Below are positions 27,808 to 39,741 of a DNA stretch of 64,000 bases, one piece after another. The DNA is from Chrysomallon squamiferum (Eukaryota > Animalia > Mollusca): positions 3,410,001 to 3,474,000 of the forward strand of contig CM022677.1 in NCBI GenBank assembly GCA_012295275.1. The letters run 5' to 3'. Within the stretch, counting starts at the first letter, position 1. Each line of letters begins with the position of its first letter. The position numbers were made by a program, and so were the translations under genes. The notes below the pieces were generated by a model that worked only from the letters and a program-made list of their open reading frames with translations, ran no database searches and was not told the origin of the DNA.

Positions 27808-27954
27808 TTATTAATTGTTCAAGCTCTTCACGAAGTGAATAAAATATGTGACTGTATGTAACTGTCTGCCTCTTTGTGTGTATGGGTTTAAGATCCACTT
27901 TAATTTGAATCGTTTTATGATTAAAGAGACAACGTCTTTGCAAAGGAAAGTGCT
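27808..27954 (-). other. Candidate cytoplasmic exon of gene C containing VTYSHI
   Basis: ctAG|AG CAC...ATA A|GTac. 147 nt, phase 1-1, open: HFPLQRRCLFNHKTIQIKVDLKPIHTKRQTVTYSHIFYSLREELEQLI. Donor is weak. Confidence 0.4.
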
Positions 27955-28588
27955 CTAGTAAAACTAGGATCTAAAAACGATATTCAAAACACTGGATTTC
28001 TTATTTTACCTGAATGAACAGGTGTTTCCTGGACAGAATCCATTGATACATAATAAGAAAAAATATACTGGTATCTCATTCAAGTATATTTGGTTTTACT
28101 AGCATTGCATTAACGAGACAATCACATACTTGCTTTAAACATAAGTAATGATATGATATAATTATGGACTTTAGACATACTAGTGTCTATGTCAATACAA
28201 GGTATGCAGGTAATTTAGAAAACAGAAAATGAATATCTATTATCATAGTAGTGTTCAGAAACATTTCAACACAGTATTTATGTATGTATTTCTCCTTCAT
28301 TTTTGCTGTCTGAATCTGTAAGATACATTTATAGTTGTATTTTACAAGCTAAATAAGTACTCTTACATTGAAATAATTGGATGAAAAAAGAAAGAAACAA
28401 TTATTCAAATAAATAAATGAAAACACACACACATATATATATAAAGTTAAAGAGTAAAAATATTAAAAATATAAAGTAAGAAAGAAAGATAATTTTGAAT
28501 TAAATACTTAAAAACTACAATAAAATAAATATGAAATATTCAAAACAACAAAACAATAACTAATGAATGAGTCTAAAATTAAACTGAC

Positions 28589-28717
28589 TTCGGATGGTGT
28601 AACCTCTTCTCCTCAAGATGAACAGAATAATTATTGCAGGAAAGCAGAGCAGAAGTATTCCTGCTACAATACCAATTCCAGTTCCAGTTCCTAGTGTTGC
28701 CATGGACGAAGATTCTT
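28589..28717 (-). pseudogene. Gene C exon: transmembrane segment (open)
   Basis: tttAG|AA GAA TCT...: ESSSMATLGTGTGIGIVAGILLLCFPAIIILFILRRRGYTIR A|GTcag. 129 nt, phase 1-1, RRR stop-transfer. Confidence 0.82.
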
Positions 28718-29009
28718 CTAAAGTAATTATAATACCAAGTTCAACACATAAATGAAAGATCTGCATTAACATTTAAGTTTCCTTTGGTTTTAAAATTATT
28801 ATAATTCTTTCTTCTAAAGATCTTTCATTACATAACGTAAATAGTTTGGACAATGTCAGAGTCACCAAGACCTGTAAACAAGGACTGCAAAAAAAAAAAG
28901 AAAAAAAAAAAGAAACAACAACAAACAAAAACACATAACAAAAAGAAAATAAAAATGAACATTTTCCTGAAATTTTAGATGAAAATCGAAAACTGTACAT
29001 GCTATTTTA

Positions 29010-29298
29010 CTATATTTTATTGTTGTTAAAGTGGTAGAGTCAAACAGTAACGGTTTTCATTTTTATTTGCAAAAGAATACATTTTAAAGTGATAGGAAGA
29101 ATTGGACTTCAGATGAGAAATGTGTAAAGAAAAAGTCTTGTCGTCTGTCTTATTGTCTGACACTTGCAGACTGATAGACTGGTCTTCAGTAGACAAGCGT
29201 TGTTCAATAGTGAATCTAGTGAACTTGTTTGTGTTGTACTTCCACTTGAGATCTACTGAAGTTTGTGTCTCATTTGTTCAGTAACACAAATTCAGGAG
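29010..29298 (-). pseudogene. Gene C exon: FN3 domain, frameshifted (not in ORF track)
   Basis: PEFVLLN [frameshift] ETQTSVDLKWKYNTNKFTRFTIEQR...FSLHISHLKSNSSYHFKMYSFAN. Classic FN3 S-V-x-L-x-W and L-x-x-x-x-x-Y-x-F motifs. Boundaries approximate. Confidence 0.75.
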
Positions 29299-29582
29299 CT
29301 GATTCAAGAAATAAAACGTGAGAAAGGATTTATATGTGTTTTAATTTCATCTGCAATAAATTTAATAATATTGGATGGGAATAATATGTATGTGTGTGTG
29401 TGTGTATATGTGTGTGTGCGTGTATCTATCTATATATATATATAGACACACCAGCACCCACATTTTCCTAAAGTCTAAATATAAAAATTGACACTGGCTT
29501 GTTCAGACTGGTATGGAAACAATAACAAAATCAGTTGCATTTGCTAACAAAGGTGACATGAAAAAAGTGTAAATGAAGTTAC

Positions 29583-29841
29583 CTGTAACAATGACACTGG
29601 CAGATCCTGACACTGAAGTGTTAAAAGAAGTTTTTGAAGTTGCTGAACACGTGTACTCTCCTTGGTCTGACTGTTGAAATGAGGAGATTTGAAACTGAGA
29701 ACTGTCAGTGAGGTGTTTTGTACGAGTTCGCCATTCAAATACAACATTGTCTGGATTACTGTCAGCTGTACAGCGTAGTATCACAAGTTTTCCAAGTTCA
29801 ACTCTGATGTGACTCTGATAAAATTCTCACTCTGGGTGCAT
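29583..29841 (-). pseudogene. Gene C exon: I/C2-type Ig domain, frameshifted near 5' end
   Basis: gtAG|AT GCA CCC AGA: APRVRILSES [frameshift] IRVELGKLVILRCTADSNPDNVVFEWR...FQQSDQGEYTCSATS...VIVT G|GTaac. 259 nt is not a multiple of 3. Confidence 0.85.
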
Positions 29842-29949
29842 CTACACAGATTGAAATAAAAGTAAAAAAAATATTAAGAGTCAAGTGGAAAGATCAAGAC
29901 TGCAAACTACTAATCTTTCTTTGGGTTTTCCCATGGATCTTCTTAACCA

Positions 29950-30225
29950 TGTTTGATGAAAAATTCAAACTGTGATATATCCTGAACTACTGAGGTGGTG
30001 CAATAAATATTTTGAACGTTAGCAGATACTGGCTGAACCGTATACTTCTGACAATATGTGGTGAAGGAAAGTTCAGTAAATATGTCAGCCTATTTTTTGT
30101 TGCAATTTCAACATTTTGTGTCCAAACTAAAATATCATCAATAATCATTGAGAATTCATATTTATATGATGTTTCTGAATATCACTGGATATGAAAAGGA
30201 GAACCATAATTTCCAGTTATAATTT
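29950..30225 (-). pseudogene. Possible further decayed Ig exon of gene C
   Basis: ITGNYGSPFHIQ*YSET...ILVWTQN (stop at the expected Cys), and in another frame YTVQPVSANVQNIYCTTS. Confidence 0.3.
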
Positions 30226-31229
30226 TATTTCAGAAATTACTTTTGTTAACATTTTGTATGCATAGATATATATGTGCACGCATGTGCAAACATTCACAAC
30301 CAACACCATGACATACACAAACATAAAAAATACATTACATATACAGATTCACACCCACACAAATACACCATTACGCTCTAATTGTCAACCTGCCCCTTCC
30401 ATCAGAAATGATAGAAGTACCGTTGTTAAAGACCTGTACAATGAACGTTATTCTATTACTATTATTAAGGTTGTTCTAATGACAAAGCAGTATTTGTCAG
30501 TGTTTTATTTTCAGTTTAGATTCTACTTCCTTGATTACTTTAGATAGTATTAGAAAAATTAAATAAAATAAAAATTTAGTACTAAGTTCTGAGTTAAATT
30601 ATTAAAACATTAAAAGATAAAAATGTTCAGGTAGCAGAAAAAAAGACAAAAAAAAAAAAAGTTAACTGACAAGAATCAGCTTTGTTTTGCATCATCAGAA
30701 TCATCAAATCTGATCTGAGTTTTCCACTACTCAAAACTATCCGACAAAAATGATGATTGATTTGACATATGTAGGACATTTTAATTGATATTTTTTTTTC
30801 AGATGACAATACATTTCTTGAAATTTAATTTTCACATAGCATTAACATTTGCCTTCTCATTTTAACAAGAATTTAACTTCCAATCAACAAACTAAATTAC
30901 AAGCCTTGGATGGCTTAAAAAAATGATTTAACTGAGAAGAATCATTTAAAATTTATAATATTAATTTATTTACTAACAGAAAATAAGCTTAAAAGATTCT
31001 GATTTTCTGTTCATTCTTTAGATTTTTCTTCTCTCTGGTTATCATCATTTCCTTCTTCTGGATCCTCTCTCTTTTCCCTGCTCCTTTTTCGACTTCTTTT
31101 TCTTTGGCTTTTCAGTTTCTTTTTCAGTTACTTCAAATGGTGGCAGCTTACGTGGTGTTTTCATTACAAACAAAAGAAAGACAAAATAAAGTGTATCTAT
31201 GTGTATTTGTGAGCATCTATTTAATCTGT

Positions 31230-32380
<1,151 letters not shown>

Positions 32381-35300
32381 TATGTTCTTTTGTTTTTTTT
32401 GTTGCCGTTACTGTTCTTTTATTTTATTAATATATTTGTAAGTGTATACTGTGTGGGATATATAAATACAATTTTAAAATAAACAATTCTTTACTTTTTA
32501 GGATTTCAGCAATCCCTCTTTACATCTATGAACGAATGTGTCCATCGAACTACCCACCCCATATCCACAGACTCAAACACACTGGTACACGTATGTGCTT
32601 TTTTACTAATGAGTATTAATTTAACACACATACACACATATTTGTAAACAACCAAATACAAATTAGTAAATGAAGTGAGTTTGTAGGTCATTGTGTTTAT
32701 CTCTTAAGATTCGAAACTCAGTTTCTACTTCACATATTTGTTGTTTCATGCTGGTATTATTATCTCTCATTTCACGAGTAGAACTGTTCATATCTAAGAC
32801 AACAGATTTCAAATCTCCAAGATTGTTTTATTCCTTTCAAACTGACAGTGAACGTAATTCATACCCTTTCCATATCTAACATTCTAGTCAAAGTATAATT
32901 TTTTTATACTGACATCTTGATTGTGCACAACTGGTGAAATTAAACCAGAATACTGACCTTGGGATCATCAGGTTTGTCCACATTGTCCATACTTCTGAGA
33001 CTGTTGAACTGGTGTTGACAGATAAAATGGTGCAGATGAACATCTCATTATTTGACATCCCTGAGCAGCTTGGCTAATGCTTATCCTTATTTTCTGTTCA
33101 CTTTCTCATTTTTACTCTTATTTCTTCTCTTTTTTATTTCATGTTGCATACTTGCGTATATTTAGCTATAATTTACATTGATAAAACAGATAAAATACTT
33201 TAATACTAATAAACATTATATATTTTCACAGAGACATAACTTTTATTTCTGTGTGAGTGCGATCTAATGGAAGTAATGGTTACTCGTGTTGAAAACATTA
33301 AATGATCACACAAAAAACATCAATTCACAATTTTGTTCATTAAATCAACCAATATTATAATTCATTTATAACAGCTTTGGAATACATACATACTGAAGTC
33401 ATATTTGGATGTTATTCTTACTTCAAAATGTTTTCTTTAACAGCCTTGAGTAACTAACAGTTTTACAATATTACACTCAGAAAGTCATTTTCATGGACAA
33501 TTTCTGATTCTTGTTATTAATTTCTAATCTGACCACATATGCAATCATAAAAGTTAAGCATACAAACATTATAAATCCTTACTAATGTTGTATTAAGCTA
33601 AAACATAATGATAATATAATCTAAACAGTTATAATATTGTAATTTTATTTTTAACTTCTTAAAATTATTTCAGTCAGAAAGGATTTTTAAATTCTGTTTA
33701 CAACAGAACCAAAAAAAAATCATTATATACAATATCCAACATTACAGTAAAAAAAAATGTATTCACTTTATATAAGTAACATTCAGCAACTTAATTAATC
33801 ATCTATTATATGTTCCATGAATTAATTTTTCTCTTTTTTTATTTATACACATTTATTTAAATTTTTACTTTTGCACTTTACTTTCAAAAAATGTCACATT
33901 TGCTTACAGCATAATATATATTTTGTTTTCTAATATTCAAGATTGTTCATTTAATTTCACAATTTATGATGATGTTGACCACATTTATGAATAATGATGA
34001 TAAAAACAATAGAAAAGTAATTTTGGTGTTTTATTTTGTCAATCACTGTTACCCCGGTGCAGTAGGTCTCCCAGCCCTGTACCAAGTACACGGTGCACAC
34101 CTAGAATTGTGTGTGTTTCCCCTAAACTGACAACAATGTCATGAAGATTAGTTGTAGGTGTTGTTTGATGGTGATTAATCTACTCAAAATAATAGTGAAG
34201 CAAATTATATTGTTTTAAGTTATTAAGTGATCTGCACTTTAATAGCTAAAGTATAAACTTTTATTTTGTATTTTGTATTTATTACTATTTGCATGTAATA
34301 TATAAAAGAGCATTTTGAGAGATAATTTAATGTTTTCACTAGGATTTATTAATGTTTCAGTATTTTTAAGTTCAACTTTGTTTTATTCAGAGCCTGAAAT
34401 ATGATCAAGAAATGATTTATTGTTATTTCATTTATGTTAATGGTGTATTTTAGTAATGGATCTAGATGAGTGATTTTAGGAAATCTGTAGAACTGTTTGT
34501 TTAGGAAATTCCAAGCTTCTGTCAGCAGTTTTTCTTATTGTATGGATTGCATCACTTTACTTTTTTATTTTTAGTAGCTCTCACTCATGTGTTTCCATCT
34601 TATCCGGACTATAAATAATAATGGATAGCTAGAAAATATCAACAATTTTGTTTTTCTTTAAAACAAAAAACAAAAGCCCCAAGAAGGATTGTAAAAGGAT
34701 ATAGTATATAATACACATTATGTTTTCACTGATCAGTAACAGATTTTGTTTTGTCTTCCCACATTTTATTTCTTCATTAACTTTACATTGTTCTCAAAAT
34801 GGTTTTACTTATTAATTATATCAGGGTTTATTAATCAGTTTTAGAAATAACAATATAGCTATTTAAATGTACTAATTCATTTTGTATTTATGCTTAAGTC
34901 AAATGTGTTCAACTGCATTTATCTTTTTTCTTCTGAGAAATTATAAGAAAATTGTCAGATTTTTTCAGATTAAATTAACAATTAATTAAATTTAAATATT
35001 TACACTGTTTGTCTTCTTTGATGATTTTATTTTTATATACTGATAATTTTATATAAATGTTTTATAAAGCAAACCTATTTGCTTGATATGTTAAGTTTAG
35101 CTAGTACAGAATCAATGTAATAATGGTTTATGCACCAACAAACCTTGTAATAATTTACACGCCAGCCTAATAGAGCAGTGAACAGAACAGTTGTATAAAT
35201 TTGTAATTTGCTATTTTTAATATCTCTCCCTAATCTCAGAAAAAAGATAGATTTAATACAGGTGAAAGAAATTTACAATATTAATCTGATTGAAATTAAG

Positions 35301-36115
35301 AATATAAAAACCTTTAATAAATTATTTAAATTTTAAATTGCATGGAAAAAATACAAATTTGGACTAAAATTCTTCTTGATAAGACAATGAAATGCAGTTA
35401 GAGCGTCTTTCACTTTATTTTATGTTTAGTTTATTAATGAATATCATATTTTGTTGTAGGATCCTAGACAACAGATTCAAGCTGCCTCAGCCAGCACTGC
35501 ATTTTCAGAAAAGATTCACCAGAAAACTATTACATCAGTCTTTCAAGAGAAAATCTGTCTGAAATGTAATTTGAATTGTGAAAATTCAGTGATCTCCAAG
35601 AGACTGCATTGTCAATGTGATGAGAACATCCAGTGTACACATTGTACTTCATAGCAGCTTGCACTGTTTTTATCATTGATGTGTGCTTGGTTATTCTAAT
35701 CTTTCTCACTGAAAGAAGAATGGAGATTCATCATTGCTATGGAATACCATCTTTGTAAAACTATGTAATTAGAGGTATTTGAACTTTTTATTAAAACACA
35801 ATAAAACAACATTTTTTCTTTATGTTATTTAAATCAGGGTAAAATCAGGGGTTTGCTGGGGGTAATAAATGTAAATATAATTGAAAACACACATACACAC
35901 ATATTTACGTACACACTCTCTCTCTTAATATCGTATTTAATTATTTATTCTTATTATCTATTTATCTATCTATAAATATATTTCTTTATCTATCTATTTA
36001 TGCCATATACATAAGCAACAGACTCAGTCTTTCTTACAGTCGTGCAGTATATACTGATGCCTCCTTGCATCTATCTAGCTTTTTTCTGTCTTTCAGTTTA
36101 CATCTCTATCCACCC

Positions 36116-36166
<51 letters not shown>

Positions 36167-37609
36167 GTAGGTACATACTAATCATCTTTAAACACACAAA
36201 TACATTATCATTCCTATATACACACACACACACACACATATATGTAGGTACATATACATACTAATCATCTTTAAACACACAAATACATTATCATTCCTAT
36301 ATACACACACACACACACACATTCCTTAACATCTATCTATGTCTATCAGTCTGTCTACAAATCAGTCTACCAAACTAGTAACATACCTACATATCAGTTT
36401 ATCTCTCTAGCTTATACGTCTGTTTTTCAATAACCATCTCTCAATCATATGTCCAGCTACCTGAATATCTAACTATATACTACTTCAAACCTCGCTATCT
36501 TGCTGAATGTCTCTCTATATAATCTATCTATATTTATTTCTGTTTATCTGTCTATATAATCTATCTGTATTTATTTCTGTGTGTGTATATATACACACAG
36601 AGATAAATAATTACATCTTTCTGTATTTATCTCTTTTTATCTATATATATATCTGTATTTATCTCTGTATATCTATCTACATAATCTATCTGTATTTACC
36701 TTTGTATGTTCGTCTATATAATCTATCTATATTTATTTATCTCTGTGTATCTGTCTATATAATCTGTCTGTATTTATTTCTATATATCTACATATAATCT
36801 ATCTGTATTTATTTCTATATATCTATATATAACCTGTGTATTTATCTCTGGATATCTATCTTTAAGTTATCAGTTCATCACTAACGCAATCCTAACATGG
36901 ATCCAATCCTCTCTGTCTTCTGTCTGTCTCTGTGTGTATTTATCTATGTACATTTACATCATCATATCCACTTTACCATCATACTTGCTTACACCTATCT
37001 ATTTATCCATCCATCGAACTCTAAGGAAATGCCTCCCTATATATGCTTCTCTATCCATCAATAACAATCCCTTGAATCAGCTATTCATCTTCTTGACTAT
37101 CTCCCTAAATTATTATAACTACGTTTTGTATCTATCTTTCTGTGTTACTGTCCATTTATAACTCTCATTCACAATTCCATTATTTAGCGATCCTTATCAA
37201 TCACTGGTACACACACACACACACACACACACACATGCACTTTCTATGTCACATATCTATATGTATCTCTATATGTATATCTATGTACACAATTTCTCAT
37301 TCTATCTACTTAATCAACCTACCTAACAGTTTATATATCAATAACATCAATCAGTCATTTAAACATCTTCTTGTCTACATACCTATGTATCACCTTCAAA
37401 TCTCCCTATATTTCTATATGTTTGCACAAATATATACTCAATATATTCACTCTTCAAAAAAAAGACAAGCAATGTTTCCATCTATATACTATTCCCTGCT
37501 CCAGCTTACATACCTACACCTGTAGCTATATATATATATATATATTCAGTCTTCCACCTTACCATCATACTTGCCTACACCTACCTGTCTGTCTGCTACA
37601 TAACTGTCT

Positions 37610-37910
37610 ACATATATCTACATATCAACCTACTGAACTACTGACCTACCCACCTGTCTGTCCCTCTGTGTGTCTGCTGTCTGTTAGTTAACTATCTACA
37701 TACATTTACATATCAACCTACTGAACTACTGACCTACCTGTCTGTCTCTCTGTGTGTCTGCTGTCTGTTAGTTAACTATCTACATACATTTACATATCAA
37801 CCTACTGAACTATTGACCTACCCACCTGTCTGTCCCTCTGTGTGTCTGCTGTCTGTTAGATAACTATCTACATACATTTACATATCAACCTACTGAACTA
37901 CTGACCTACT
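37610..37910. repeat. Minisatellite, about 84-88 bp unit, about 3.5 copies
   Basis: Recurring CATATCAACCTACTGAACTACTGACCTAC...GTCTGCTGTCTGTTAG. Confidence 0.85.
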
Positions 37911-38145
37911 TACCTATGTGTTTAACTATCCACATTACAACAGATCAATAACCATCCATCAATCATATATCTAATTCCCTGTCAAACTACCTACATACAT
38001 AACTAACTATGCCTGCATTACAACCTGTATGATTTAAGTATACATCTGTATGTCTACACTCTCAGCCTGGCACACAAACACAAGACAGAAAGAAGAAAAC
38101 ACAGAATAGATAAATCGACATTGTCATGTTCACCTATCTGCCTAA

Positions 38146-38712
38146 ATTCATCTACATCTATCAATTCATCTACATCTATCAATTCATTTGTTAACTTCTA
38201 CTGATCTAACTGTCTATCAGTCTATCAATTCATTTGTTAACTTCTACTGATCTAACTGTCTATCAGTCTATCAATTCATCTACATTCAATTCATTTGTTA
38301 CCTTCTACTGATCTAACTGTCAGTCTATCAATTCATCTACATCTATCAATTCATTTGTTAACTTCTACTGATCTGTCTATCAGTTTATCAATTCATCTAC
38401 ATCTATCAATTCATTTGTTAACTTCTACTGATCTAACTGTCTATCAGTCTATCAATTCATCTACATCTATCAGTTCATTTGTTAACTTCTACTGATCTAA
38501 CTGTCTATCAGTCTATCAATTCATCTACATCTATCAATTCATTTGTTAACTTCTACTGATCTAACTGTCTATCAGTCTATCAATTCATCTACATCTATCA
38601 ATTCATTTGTTAACTTCTACTGATCTAACTGTCTATCAGTCTATCAATTCATCTACATCTATCAATTCATTTGTTAACTTCTACTGATCTAACTGTCTAT
38701 CAGTCTATCAAT
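38146..38712. repeat. Minisatellite, about 64 bp unit
   Basis: Unit TCAATTCATCTACATCTATCAATTCATTTGTTAACTTCTACTGATCTAACTGTCTATCAGTCTA, e.g. at 38516 and 38580. Confidence 0.92.
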
Positions 38713-38837
38713 GTTTCCCTTTCTTTCTGTATATCTTCCTGTGTATCTCTTTACCTGTTAACCTCCCATCAGACAGTCAGACTCATATCTCTGTCAATCT
38801 TCTCTCCTTTCCTTTAAATCACCTACAGCTGCTCTAA

Positions 38838-39349
38838 GCTTGCTAATATTGTCTATGAAAACAACATTAAGCTGGAACTTGCTAATATTGTCTATGAAAA
38901 CAACATTAAGCTGGAACCTGCTTGTTGTCTATGAAAACAACATTAAGCTGGAACCTGCTAATATTGTCTATGAAAACAACATTAAGCTGGAACTTGCTAA
39001 TATTGTCTATGAAAACAACATTAAGCTGGAACTTGCTAATATTGTCTATGAAAACAACATTAAGCTGGAACTTGCTAATATTGTCTATGAAAACAACATT
39101 AAGCTGGAACCTGCTAATATTGTCTATGAAAACAACATTAAGCTGGAACTTGCTAATATTGTCTATGAAAACAACATTAAGCTGGAACTTGCTAATATTG
39201 TCTATGAAAACAACATTAAGCTGGAACTTGCTAATATTGTCTATGAAAACAACATTAAGCTGGAACCTGCTAATATTGTCTATGAAAACAACATTAAGCT
39301 GGAACTTGCTAATATTGTCTATGAAAACAACATTAAGCTGGAACCTGCT
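38838..39349. repeat. Minisatellite, 13 x 39 bp
   Basis: Unit C(T/C)TGCTAATATTGTCTATGAAAACAACATTAAGCTGGAA. Confidence 0.95.
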
Positions 39350-39473
39350 TGTTATCTGTCTGTAAATATCATTGCTCCACATATTTTCATTTCTTCTATA
39401 ATTTGTAATGTAGAAACACACAAAGCTTTTGCACTGTCATTAATCTTGACAGTGGAAGTTTTTTGTTCCCTTC

Positions 39474-39650
39474 CATAATAACCAAGAACCATCCACTGTT
39501 AACTATTGGAGAATAATCAATCCACACTGGTGTGTACTGTCAACAACTTTCATAATAACCAAGAATCATCCACTGTTAACTATTGGAGAATAATCAATCC
39601 ACTGTGTAATCAACAACTTTTTGAACCATCCACTGTTAACTATTGGAGAA
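39474..39650. repeat. 77-bp minisatellite, about 2 degenerate copies
   Basis: CATAATAACCAAGAA(C/T)CATCCACTGTTAACTATTGGAG... at 39474 and 39551. Confidence 0.85.
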
Positions 39651-39741
39651 AATCCATCTTTTGTGAATAATGATAATTGTGCTTTGGAAAGAAAAATCCA
39701 TCTTTTGTGAATAATAATAATTGTTCCATATCAGTAGATAC

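Noticed and set aside
36507-37691. Y/L/S/I-rich ORFs (also 56842-58037)
   Set aside because: Degenerate (TATC)n-type low-complexity DNA.
38840-39478. 212-aa ANIVYENNIKLEL repeat protein
   Set aside because: Minisatellite open in several frames, with frame-breaking shortened units that differ between the two copies and no splice context.
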